A stretch of DNA of 64,000 nucleotides from the IMG/VR virus record IMGVR_UViG_3300034095_000847; one strand, written 5' to 3'. The translations under genes were made by a program, and so were the position numbers. Origin of the DNA: a virus. The first letter of the stretch is position 1. Each line of letters opens with the position of its first letter. A model generated the notes under the pieces. That model searched no databases and was not told where the DNA came from. It worked only from the letters and a program-made list of their open reading frames with translations. Below, piece by piece: positions 1 through 9,003 of the stretch.

Positions 1-541
1 CTGTATCGTCATATGTATATCCACCAATTGGTATCCAATACTTATATGCTAAAGTTACTGATAGTTTCATTAAGTCTTTTGAGGCTGAATCCATTTGAAT
101 AGCACCTACTGTTTTAGGATAGCATTCTCTTAACTCAACCATATATTTAGTTTTACTTGCAATATCTTCTACACCAATTTGTATAGGTTTTATATAGTTT
201 GCATAATAATTAAATGATCTTGTAACTGGATTTTGTATACTATATTGCCAATCATCAAAGTATTTCTTTACCTTCATTTCATTGTCTACATAAAATGAAA
301 GAGAAAGGTTATCATACATTCTTTGATAAGGAGCTTCTCTTGTTTCACCATACGTTAGATTTGGCGCAGTATTATAATTTAATCCTGGTATTTGTACTTG
401 GTCACAAAACATAGAAACTAGTTTTGGATCTTTGTTTTCATTGGTGTCTGATAAAATAAAAGGCATAAGAACTGAATATCGTGCGGTTCTCATTAACCCA
501 GATACTTTTACTTCCGATATAAAATCTGATAGTAGACTCAT
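1..541 (-). CDS. gp54: Baseplate tail-tube initiator gp54-like (gp19-fold); runs off the window edge
   Basis: Hand-translated from ATG at 541-539, which overlaps the gp2 stop: MSLLSDFISEVKVSGLMRTARYSV...FCDQVQIPG...YDNLSLSFYVD...YFDDW...ECYPKTVGAIQMD. Tail-tube-like motifs; adjacent to gp2. Confidence 0.8.
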   Translation of the reverse strand, partial: MSLLSDFISEVKVSGLMRTARYSVLMPFILSDTNENKDPKLVSMFCDQVQIPGLNYNTAPNLTYGETREAPYQRMYDNLSLSFYVDNEMKVKKYFDDWQYSIQNPVTRSFNYYANYIKPIQIGVEDIASKTKYMVELRECYPKTVGAIQMDSASKDLMKLSVTLAYKYWIPIGGYTYDDT

Positions 542-1146
542 TAATTCATCATCCTTTTTGACTCTTGCCAAACTTTAGCCTTGTTAGCACCTACAAATCC
601 TTCTACTGGTAACATCATAGCAGTTGCCCAATTGTTGGCTGTAATTTCTCTGCATTGAGTACGTATATGCGAGTTTAAATATCTATGAATACATGGTTCT
701 GCAAATTTAAACTTCGATATACCGGATATCAATTGCCAAGAATATCTCAACCTAGTATTTTCATCCATATTCTTATTAGTTGCAAATACCATCATCTTAT
801 CAAGAAGTTTAATTCTTAATTGATAAGGTAAATAATGAAAATTTAATCCATAAAATCCATCTTTAGTTTTCTCATATGGAAACACTAAAGGAAACATATC
901 CCAATATGGTAATGTTGATTTATGTTTAGCATCATATCTGTACAAATATAATTTTCCCGGCATTATTTTACCAATAGAGGTAAATTGTGGAGCAGTCTTT
1001 AATACATTACTACCATTTATATGTTGATGATGTAATAGCAATATCTGCTGATCAAACCAAGATTTACTTGCTCTAGATGCTTGGGGTAGACTGTATTTGT
1101 TTTTCTCAAATACATCTAACAATGTGGGTTCTTTTATATTTGCCAT
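541..1146 (-). CDS. gp2: DNA end protector protein
   Basis: PGKLYLYRYDAKHK.TLPYWD.FPLV and GLNFHYLP motifs; synteny with gp4. Confidence 0.92.
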   Translation of the reverse strand: MANIKEPTLLDVFEKNKYSLPQASRASKSWFDQQILLLHHQHINGSNVLKTAPQFTSIGKIMPGKLYLYRYDAKHKSTLPYWDMFPLVFPYEKTKDGFYGLNFHYLPYQLRIKLLDKMMVFATNKNMDENTRLRYSWQLISGISKFKFAEPCIHRYLNSHIRTQCREITANNWATAMMLPVEGFVGANKAKVWQESKRMMN

Positions 1147-1149
1147 ATA

Positions 1150-1599
1150 CTATTTATTAGTTAACCCAAGATGATGTTCGGTTAATATTACAAATTCCCA
1201 ACTACGATCTGATGCATAATTCTTTGCGGCATCCCATTTAGATTGATTTTTCATAAATGTCATAGATTCATTTAAGTATCTTTTTGTTTGTCTTCCTGGA
1301 TATTTTGGAGGCATAGTTTGGCCATGTGGTTTAATTTCAACTAAATATGTTTTAAGTTTACCTTCTTTATTTCTTACTTGTATTCTAAAATCTAAAAAGT
1401 ATCTATGCCATTTATTATCAGTTGCGCATATATAGGGAACAATTGTTTCTTCTGATTGCCAATTAATAACTGAATTTGAACCATCACACCAATTCATAAA
1501 TTTTAATTCCCACGAAGATCTATAGACAACATTAGTAGGATCACCTATATATTTGTTTGGATATTTTGGTTTATAAATTCCTTGATGATACTTCGCCAT
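1150..1599 (-). CDS. gp4: Head completion nuclease (TnsA-like fold)
   Basis: KYIGDPTNVVYRSSWE..FM.WCD, HRYF.DF, EIKP and KW.AA motifs. Confidence 0.95.
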   Translation of the reverse strand: MAKYHQGIYKPKYPNKYIGDPTNVVYRSSWELKFMNWCDGSNSVINWQSEETIVPYICATDNKWHRYFLDFRIQVRNKEGKLKTYLVEIKPHGQTMPPKYPGRQTKRYLNESMTFMKNQSKWDAAKNYASDRSWEFVILTEHHLGLTNK

Positions 1600-1605
1600 T
1601 TTTAA

Positions 1606-1613
1606 TATAAATA
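1606..1613 (+). promoter_or_regulatory. T4-type late promoter for the gp48 operon
   Basis: TATAAATA 37 bp upstream of the gp48 ATG. Confidence 0.8.
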
Positions 1614-1630
1614 AGTAAACAAAACCATTC

Positions 1631-1638
1631 TATTTATA
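1631..1638 (-). promoter_or_regulatory. T4-type late promoter for gp4-gp2-gp54
   Basis: tatttata on + = TATAAATA on -, upstream of gp4. Confidence 0.8.
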
Positions 1639-1650
1639 GGTTCTCAACAT

Positions 1651-2709
1651 ATGTCATATTTAGACTATATAAATGACAAGTACGATATAACAAGTTTGTC
1701 ATATCCATCAGACATACAATCACCAGAATATGGTGGTAATATGGTTGTGATTTATATTAATGTTGCAACAGCTTCCAAGTTTTTACCTCCACCAAATCAA
1801 ACATATGATATGAAAGATTTGGATATCCAAAGAGATAGAGGTGTAGTTCTTGGTAGACCAATTTCTAGTATAAATGCTGCTGTTTCTTCTGCTTTAGGTG
1901 GAGCTATGGGAGGTCTTATTGGTGGAGTTTTAGGTGGATTTGGCAGTATTGCTACAGGTGCTACTGTTATAGGAGGTGCTGCAGCATGGGCTGCAGGTGA
2001 TATAGCAGGAACAACTACACGAGAGCAGAAAAGGTTAAAAACAGCAATTGCTCTTCATATGCCAAACTCTTTGAATATTAGATACACTACTTCATGGTCA
2101 GAAGAAGATGCAGGAACTGTTGAAGCATTATCTCAAGTAGGTGAAGATGCTATAGGATTACTTAAATCTTTAAAAGATGTAAATTTATCTAATATGGTTC
2201 CTGAGTCTAGTAAAAATGCAGGAAGTACATTAGGTAAAGATGCTAAATCTATTGCTGCATCTGAAGCATTACAAAGAATGGGTACAATGTCAGCTAGAAC
2301 TGGATTGGCTGGTAATCCAAAGAGAGAAATGGTATTTAAAGGTGTTGACTTTAGAACATTCTCATTTGATTATAACTTCTTTCCAAGAGATGAAAAAGAA
2401 GCAGAACATGTGTACAATATAATTTTTCAATTAAAATTACATATGTTGCCTGAATATAAAGAAGAAACAAATAACTTCTTATACATTTATCCTTCTGAGT
2501 TTGATATAAGTTACTTTTCTGGTAATGGACTTAATCAATATATTCATAGACATCCTTCTTGTGTACTTACCGAGTTAAGTGTAAACTATACTCCAAATGG
2601 TAATTTTACTACCTTTGCAAATGGTATGCCAACTCAAATTGCTATCACCATGTCATTTAAAGAATTGACAAACCCAACAAAAGAATCTATACAAGGAAGA
2701 GGTTACTAA
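1651..2709 (+). CDS. gp48: Baseplate tail-tube cap
   Basis: I.LHMP...W and NP..E..FKGVDFRTFSFDY.F.P motifs; C-terminal VNYTPNG...G.P...MSFKE. Confidence 0.9.
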   Translation: MSYLDYINDKYDITSLSYPSDIQSPEYGGNMVVIYINVATASKFLPPPNQTYDMKDLDIQRDRGVVLGRPISSINAAVSSALGGAMGGLIGGVLGGFGSIATGATVIGGAAAWAAGDIAGTTTREQKRLKTAIALHMPNSLNIRYTTSWSEEDAGTVEALSQVGEDAIGLLKSLKDVNLSNMVPESSKNAGSTLGKDAKSIAASEALQRMGTMSARTGLAGNPKREMVFKGVDFRTFSFDYNFFPRDEKEAEHVYNIIFQLKLHMLPEYKEETNNFLYIYPSEFDISYFSGNGLNQYIHRHPSCVLTELSVNYTPNGNFTTFANGMPTQIAITMSFKELTNPTKESIQGRGY

Positions 2710-3200
2710 TGTATTTTAAGAATTTTCCTAATATAATATATGATTTTGATATTGGGGGCAAGGATACTGCTTTATATTTAAGGGATATTACTCGTAATAT
2801 TAGATTCCGCCGAGATGTACTCGCAAATATAACAATATATGATGAGTATGATATAGTAGATAATGAAACACCTGAACATATAGCAGAAAAGTTATATAAT
2901 AATCCAAACTATCATTGGATTATTATGTTAGTCAATGAAAGATATGATTATCTTAATGACTTCCCATTATCATACTATGATTTAGAAAAGCATATTATTA
3001 ATTCATATGGTACTACTATGCATAATATACATCATTATGAAGATAGTAATGGATATATTGTAGATTCTACAAGTGTTGGTGCTTCTTCTATTACTAACTA
3101 TGAATATGAACAGCGTCTTAATGAATCTAAAAGAAGAATAAAGGTTGTACCAAAAGGCATTATTGAGCAAATAGTAACTGAATTTAAGAAAATACTATAA
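2709..3200 (+). CDS. gp53: Baseplate wedge protein
   Basis: MYFKNFP, ETPE.IAEKLY, HWIIMLVN, HHYE and YEYE..LNE.KR.I motifs. Confidence 0.93.
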   Translation: MYFKNFPNIIYDFDIGGKDTALYLRDITRNIRFRRDVLANITIYDEYDIVDNETPEHIAEKLYNNPNYHWIIMLVNERYDYLNDFPLSYYDLEKHIINSYGTTMHNIHHYEDSNGYIVDSTSVGASSITNYEYEQRLNESKRRIKVVPKGIIEQIVTEFKKIL

Positions 3201-4480
3201 TGAATTCTTCAGAACAAATATCAAAAGCCGGTGATATTAATATTGAGTTGGTTCAAATAACCACGGCTCAGAAATTTTATCAGAATATTACTAGCCAAGT
3301 TATAGGCATACAAATATTCGAAGATATATTTTCTCCTTTTATAACTGGTACTCTTGAGATTCGGGATTCACTTGACTTAATGAATGTATTCCCATTTAAT
3401 GGAGAAGAGTTCCTTGAGCTTAAATTGACTACTCCTTCTCTTGAAAAAGGTAATATTGATGGTAGATTTTACATTTATAAAATGGCAAACCGAACTATGG
3501 TTGGAAATAGATCAACCATTTATACTCTGCATTTTATATCTACCGAAGCAATTGTTGATATTAATAAGAAGATAAGTAAGTCATTTTCGGGTAAATGTTC
3601 AGAGATTGTCAAGAAGCTTTTACAAGATGTAGATGTAGGATTACAAGTAACTAAAGAAATATTTGTAGAAGATACTAGTAATTCAACAAAGTATATTTCT
3701 AATTTTTGGTCTCCAATTAAAAATATTAATAATGTTTCTGAAACTTCGGTTAATCAACATGGTTCAGGTTCCTATTTGTTTTTTGAAAATAGATATGGAT
3801 TCAACTTTGTATCTTTAGAATCATTATATAATGCAAAAATCTTTCAACAGTTTTTATATGATAATTATGTTCGTGATAATCAATCATACGGTACTGCTAC
3901 AGTTAAAAATATAACTGAAGATTATAAACGCATTAGAAGTATCACTATTCCTACTGCATATGATTATGTAGAAAGGGCTAGAGGAGGTATGTTTGGTTCA
4001 AGATTATTTACATATGATATTACTACAAAAAGATATAATAATGTGAATTATGATATGATTGAATCTTTTGAATCGTATAACCACCTAAATAAATATCCAT
4101 TAGCATCTAATAAATCTATATATCGGCATAACTCATTTATTATGTCTATGTCAAAGTATACCGGTAACTTCAATGAATATGGGGATGTTACTAATGCTGG
4201 AGTAGTGCAGAATAGAGTATCTTCATTTGCCCAGATAGATGCAAATAAAGTAGAAATAGTTGTTCCAGGCAGATTAGATTATACAGTTGGTCTAAGAATA
4301 GAATTAAAGTTATATAAGGTTGAACCTGCAACAAAAGAAGATAATGAAAATCAAGATGAAATGTTTTCAGGTGCCTATATAATTGCGGCAGTTAATCATT
4401 ATATTAATAGAAACATGCATGAATGTACTATGGAAATAGTAAAAGAAAGTTTATTGATAGATTTGAATAGGAGCAAATAA
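3200..4480 (+). CDS. Baseplate hub protein (gp27-like position)
   Basis: IFEDIFSPFITG, YLFFEN..GFNF.SLE, VPG and SG.Y.I..V.H motifs; lies between gp53 and gp5. Confidence 0.75.
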   Translation: MNSSEQISKAGDINIELVQITTAQKFYQNITSQVIGIQIFEDIFSPFITGTLEIRDSLDLMNVFPFNGEEFLELKLTTPSLEKGNIDGRFYIYKMANRTMVGNRSTIYTLHFISTEAIVDINKKISKSFSGKCSEIVKKLLQDVDVGLQVTKEIFVEDTSNSTKYISNFWSPIKNINNVSETSVNQHGSGSYLFFENRYGFNFVSLESLYNAKIFQQFLYDNYVRDNQSYGTATVKNITEDYKRIRSITIPTAYDYVERARGGMFGSRLFTYDITTKRYNNVNYDMIESFESYNHLNKYPLASNKSIYRHNSFIMSMSKYTGNFNEYGDVTNAGVVQNRVSSFAQIDANKVEIVVPGRLDYTVGLRIELKLYKVEPATKEDNENQDEMFSGAYIIAAVNHYINRNMHECTMEIVKESLLIDLNRSK

Positions 4481-5154
4481 TGTTTCATCTTGGTTGTGTA
4501 GAGAATAGAATTGATCCACTTAAATTAGGTAGATGTCAAGTGCGTATTGTGGGTCTTCATACAGAAGATAAAACAGTATTACCGACTGATGATTTACCTT
4601 GGGCATATCCTATGATGCCAATTAATTCTGCTTCTATATCAGGTCTTGGTTGGTCTCCTACAGGAGTAGTACCAGGTTCTTGGGTAATTTGCGTATTTCT
4701 AGATCCAGATAATCAACAACCTATAATGCTTGGAACAATTGGCGGTATACCAAGTACTAAAACTGTATCATTTATTAATGATGCAACCAATAATGTTATT
4801 TCTGCCGATGATACAGGTGAACTTGTTGATCCTAAAGGTGATGTATTAACCGATGTGGTAGATACAATTATTGCTTCTGAAACTCCGAGTGAAACATCTG
4901 TTCAATCTGCTGGAACCAAATATGAATTAACTGCAGTAACTACTGATGGAGTTACATCATATAATATATTATCTAAATCTAATATAACTCCTATAGCAAC
5001 TGCTACTTATGATGAAACTACCGAATTATATTCTGTTATATTAAAACGACCAGAAAACTTTACAAAAGAACAATATTTACCATTTACAGATGTTAATCCT
5101 AAAACATTTGCAACTACAGATCAAATTACAACCTATTTTGATAAGAACTTTTAA
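4480..5154 (+). CDS. gp5: gp5 N-terminal OB-fold part (split baseplate spike gene, part 1)
   Basis: GCVENRIDPLKLGRCQVRIVGLH...DLPWA.P..P, GSWV..F.D...QQP...GT = Gp5 OB domain. Confidence 0.9.
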   Translation: MFHLGCVENRIDPLKLGRCQVRIVGLHTEDKTVLPTDDLPWAYPMMPINSASISGLGWSPTGVVPGSWVICVFLDPDNQQPIMLGTIGGIPSTKTVSFINDATNNVISADDTGELVDPKGDVLTDVVDTIIASETPSETSVQSAGTKYELTAVTTDGVTSYNILSKSNITPIATATYDETTELYSVILKRPENFTKEQYLPFTDVNPKTFATTDQITTYFDKNF

Positions 5155-5163
5155 GGATTTATA

Positions 5164-7965
5164 ATGGCAGATGCAATAGAAAAAACACCTATACCTCCAA
5201 ATCCTCCCACTAGTGCAGGAGCAACTCAAGGAGCTGTAGCAGGAATTGCGGCAATTATTGCTGCATGTGAAGAGGGTGGATTCAAATCAAAATATGCAAA
5301 ATGTGCTATGCTTGGTATTGCCGGTGTAGAAAGTAAATGGATGCATACATCTGCTGAAGATCACGTATATTCTGCTACAAGAATTAGAGTAGTATGGCCT
5401 AAGATTACACAAGAAGAAGCAGCATTATGGAATAATAAACCTGAAAAATATTCTAAACAAGAATTCTTTGGATTTATTTATGGTACTAAAATAACAGGAA
5501 ATCCCGCAAATGGTCAATATTATGGTAGAGGGTATATACAATTAACATTGCGGTGTAATTATAAAGAAATTGGTTCAAGATTGGGTATAGATTTAATAAA
5601 TCATCCAGAATTACTACAACAGTCTGCTGAAATAGGCGCAAAAGCAGTTGTAGAATATTTTAAAATGAATATCTCAGACTGGGAAAAATTACAATGGGAA
5701 CCTAGTTTCTTTGAAGTAGCTCTTGCTAAAGTTGGTGGACATAAAGGTGGTTGGCCAACTAAAAGAAAATATTATGAATACTTTTTAGGCGGTAAATCTG
5801 CTCCTGCTCCAACTAATAAAGATGCTGTATCTTCTGCTCCTACTAGAACTCAAACAGAAATAAATGCCTTACCCGCATCTAAAAGAGAAGCATACACTGA
5901 AGATAGATCTAGTAATTTCTCTAAAACTGGATTCTGTGATCCTGAAGGAAAGTATCCTTTACGGGATTTTATGAATGAACCAGATACTAATAGATTAGCA
6001 AGAGGTAATATTGAAGATACCCACGTTAAATTTAAAGATGCTACTCGCGCAAAAAATATACCATTAGCAAATGGTGGTTCATATGATCAACCCGAATCTG
6101 CATATAATACCATTTATCCATACAACAAAGTTATGGAGTCTGAATCTGGGCACGTTTTAGAATTTGATGATAGTCCTGAAGGCGAACGTATTAACTTATA
6201 CCATCGTAAAGGTACTTTCATTGAAATAGATCCTAATGGTTCCCAAGTAAATTATATAGTAGGTGATGGATATTACATTACTGAAAACAATGGTAATATA
6301 TTCATTAAAGGAACATGTAACTTAACCGTTTCAGGTCCAATGAATATACTTTGTCAAGGTGATGCAAATCTTGAAGTATGTGGTCAAGTTGACGCCGTAT
6401 TCCATAACAATGTTAATATTGGTGTAGCCCAAGATTTAAATGTTGCGGTAGGCGGCGATTATAATGTATTAGTTGAAGGTAATTATAATGTAGAAGTTGG
6501 TAAGACATCAAACCATAGAGCAATAGGTACAATGTCATTAGAATCAACAGATGCGTTAAAATTAAAAACTGCAAAATCTATTAGTTTAGAAGGTGGGGAT
6601 ACTGCCTCTACTGCCGAAACATTATTAAAAATGTCAAGTAGTATTAAACTAGAGACTGCAGCAGATTTTCAAATTAAGGCTAATACCTTTACACTTGATA
6701 TAGCAACTGCAACTAATATCAAAACAGGAACTTTTAAAACTGAAACATTAACTGGCAATATAGAATTAAAATCTGCTTCGGCTATTAATATGTTAGGTAT
6801 TGGTAACTTAAATGCTACTGCACCTAGAATTGATTTTAATCCTGATACACCCGTATCTATAACTTCTATTTCTCCATTATCTTTACTAGGTGCTCCAAAG
6901 GTTCCAGTAGATTTTAAAGGGGATGCTATTTCAGGTAGAGAAAAAGAACAAGTATTGGTTGATACGGTATTAACTCCTATGGGAGAATACAATCCTAATA
7001 CACTGCCAAAACCTGTAGTTGATTCAGTATTAAATAAAACTCCTTTATCAGCAGATTTACTTAGTTTAGTTGGTGGAACTCAACCTGACATTTATGATCC
7101 AAAATATAGTGAACCTATGGAAAGAAAAACTAGTCTTTCTACTGCAGGTGTTACTGCTGCTCATAGTTTAGTTGTGCCTCCCGCAGATTCAGCGCATCAA
7201 CAAGGTGGACCTAATTTAGTTCCTCCGGCTAGACATACTGATGGTGTATTCAAATTTGAAACAGAAGATGATTGGACTACTGCGGCAGGTCAAAAGGCTA
7301 GAGTGGGTATGGTTGGAACTTCTGATTATGAAAATAATGGTAATGAAGCAGGAACTTCAGGTGATTCATCTCCTGCTACTGGAGGTTCTGGAGCAGGAAC
7401 TCAATTATCTGCCGAAAAACTTGCCGAAATTAATAACATGACTGACTTCCCAACTAGTTATAAGTTAAGTGATAACTTTACTCTTGGCATGTTAACAAGT
7501 GCTCAAGGTAAAGTATTAAAAAGTACTACTTTACCGGATGGAACATATTCTAAACAACAATTAGTTGCTAACCTTTCGGCATTATGTGTAAACATATTAG
7601 AAAAAGTTTATGAAGAAATAGGTCCGTGCAAGCAACAGGATTCTAAAGGTATATGGAATATCAATTCTGGTTTAAGAAATGAAACAGGAGGATCCTTTCA
7701 TAATAAAGGCGAGGCATGTGATATTCAATTAACCTCACGAGATATAACCGAACATTATGAACTTGCAGTTAAATTAGAAAAGATTCTACCGTATAATCAA
7801 GTTATATTAGAATATAGAAACAAGGGTAATAGTGTTTGGATCCATTTATCTTATTCAATGAAAGGAAGCATGAAACTTTGTACTACTTATATTGATGATA
7901 AGAATGTTAATGCATCTGGTAAAAATGCCTCTGGTTCAAATGGTTTACATACCTTTTATGTATAA
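5164..7965 (+). CDS. gp5: gp5 part 2: GH19-like glycosidase, gp5 beta-helix and C-terminal peptidase M15-like domain
   Basis: YYGRGYIQLT..NY (GH19); YPYNKV.ESESGH..EFDD.P..ERI..YH..GTF.EI (gp5 core); V.G repeats (beta-helix); SG.R...SFH.KGEACDI...WIHLSY (M15 Zn motif). Confidence 0.85.
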   Translation: MADAIEKTPIPPNPPTSAGATQGAVAGIAAIIAACEEGGFKSKYAKCAMLGIAGVESKWMHTSAEDHVYSATRIRVVWPKITQEEAALWNNKPEKYSKQEFFGFIYGTKITGNPANGQYYGRGYIQLTLRCNYKEIGSRLGIDLINHPELLQQSAEIGAKAVVEYFKMNISDWEKLQWEPSFFEVALAKVGGHKGGWPTKRKYYEYFLGGKSAPAPTNKDAVSSAPTRTQTEINALPASKREAYTEDRSSNFSKTGFCDPEGKYPLRDFMNEPDTNRLARGNIEDTHVKFKDATRAKNIPLANGGSYDQPESAYNTIYPYNKVMESESGHVLEFDDSPEGERINLYHRKGTFIEIDPNGSQVNYIVGDGYYITENNGNIFIKGTCNLTVSGPMNILCQGDANLEVCGQVDAVFHNNVNIGVAQDLNVAVGGDYNVLVEGNYNVEVGKTSNHRAIGTMSLESTDALKLKTAKSISLEGGDTASTAETLLKMSSSIKLETAADFQIKANTFTLDIATATNIKTGTFKTETLTGNIELKSASAINMLGIGNLNATAPRIDFNPDTPVSITSISPLSLLGAPKVPVDFKGDAISGREKEQVLVDTVLTPMGEYNPNTLPKPVVDSVLNKTPLSADLLSLVGGTQPDIYDPKYSEPMERKTSLSTAGVTAAHSLVVPPADSAHQQGGPNLVPPARHTDGVFKFETEDDWTTAAGQKARVGMVGTSDYENNGNEAGTSGDSSPATGGSGAGTQLSAEKLAEINNMTDFPTSYKLSDNFTLGMLTSAQGKVLKSTTLPDGTYSKQQLVANLSALCVNILEKVYEEIGPCKQQDSKGIWNINSGLRNETGGSFHNKGEACDIQLTSRDITEHYELAVKLEKILPYNQVILEYRNKGNSVWIHLSYSMKGSMKLCTTYIDDKNVNASGKNASGSNGLHTFYV

Positions 7966-7970
7966 GTAAT

Positions 7971-8342
7971 ATGGCATCTTCAGGAATAGCTAAAAAGAGT
8001 GGAAGTAGCAATATTACTTGTACTGATGGTGCTCAAGGTTCTGGGTGTGGAACAAATGTATATCACTGGGATACAGGAACTACTCAAACTTCAGATGCTG
8101 GTAGTTCAACAGTATTTGTAAATGGAATTGGTGTTGTTAGAAAGGAAGATGTCATGGCATCTCATCCAGACGGAGATCCTTGTACAGCAGCACCTATAAA
8201 TCATGCACCGGCTTTAAGTACCTATAGTAGTTCAGTATATGTTGATGGAAAAAATATTGGAAGAATAGGAGATAAATATGATTCAGATGGGCATTATGAT
8301 CATACTATTTCTACAGGTTCAACAAACGTGTTTGCAGGTTAA
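7971..8342 (+). CDS. PAAR-like spike tip protein (gp5.4-like)
   Basis: GSSTVFVNG, SSSVYVDGK.IGRIGD and GSTNVFAG repeats; directly after gp5. Confidence 0.88.
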   Translation: MASSGIAKKSGSSNITCTDGAQGSGCGTNVYHWDTGTTQTSDAGSSTVFVNGIGVVRKEDVMASHPDGDPCTAAPINHAPALSTYSSSVYVDGKNIGRIGDKYDSDGHYDHTISTGSTNVFAG

Positions 8343-8344
8343 TT

Positions 8345-8524
8345 ATGATATCAGACCAAAATTACTTTAGACCCAGAGTAGATGAAAGAGTTTATGAAGA
8401 TGCAGTTAAAAAAGCCTCTTTTCTAACAGATAACATGTATGTAAAATTAACTAGTGGTTATACATTTGAATCATTGGTTAATGATTTAATTAATAAAGAC
8501 TTAAGGGATAAACAATATCCTTGA
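8345..8524 (+). CDS. Small hypothetical protein, 59 aa (not in the ORF track)
   Basis: ATG 2 bp after the PAAR stop; MISDQNYFRPRVDERVYEDAVKKASFL...KQYP* fills the gap. Confidence 0.55.
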   Translation: MISDQNYFRPRVDERVYEDAVKKASFLTDNMYVKLTSGYTFESLVNDLINKDLRDKQYP

Positions 8525-8570
8525 AAAACCTGGTATAACCAGTATATCACAAAAGTAAACGTTTGTAAAC
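8523..8570 (-). promoter_or_regulatory. Repeated element, copy 1: antisense sigma70/T4-early-like promoter
   Basis: Minus strand GTTTACA-17 bp-TATACT with extended TG; 46/48 identical to 54724-54771. Confidence 0.7.
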
Positions 8571-8579
8571 TGTTTTGTG

Positions 8580-8587
8580 AATAAATA
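8580..8587 (+). promoter_or_regulatory. Late promoter for gp25-gp6
   Basis: AATAAATA 23 bp upstream of ATG 8611. Confidence 0.65.
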
Positions 8588-8610
8588 ATACATATTAATT
8601 GGAAATTAAA

Positions 8611-9003
8611 ATGTCACGGAATACTAGGCTTTTCTCAGATTTAGATTTAAACTTTACTGCTAATCCAAATACCGGTGACGTGTCTATTCGGTATGATGAA
8701 AATGCGGTAAAGGCTTCAGTAAAAAATCTAGTTTTAACACAAAACTATGAAAGACCATTTCATTCTGAACTGGGTTCTCCAGTACATAGATTATTATTTG
8801 ATTTATCAACACCTTTATTAACTTACACCTTAAAACAGGTTCTAGTAGATCTTATTATTAATCATGAACCAAGAGTAAGTTTAAATGATATTGTTGTGAC
8901 ACTTTCACCTGATAATAATTCAGTATATGTTTCTATCTACTTTACTATCTTAAATACAACAAAACCAATACAATTAGATTTGGTACTGGAAAGGACCCGA
9001 TAA
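8611..9003 (+). CDS. gp25: Baseplate wedge subunit
   Basis: FSDLDLNF, AVK.SV.NLVLT..YERPF and EPRV motifs; start set at ATG 8611. Confidence 0.93.
   Translation: MSRNTRLFSDLDLNFTANPNTGDVSIRYDENAVKASVKNLVLTQNYERPFHSELGSPVHRLLFDLSTPLLTYTLKQVLVDLIINHEPRVSLNDIVVTLSPDNNSVYVSIYFTILNTTKPIQLDLVLERTR

Noticed and set aside
6669-6992. Minus-strand ORF inside gp5 as a repEA/repEB-like gene
   Set aside because: Reads as the antisense shadow of Thr/Gly/Asn-rich codons, has no clear RBS and lies 1.5 kb from the antisense promoter; unsupported
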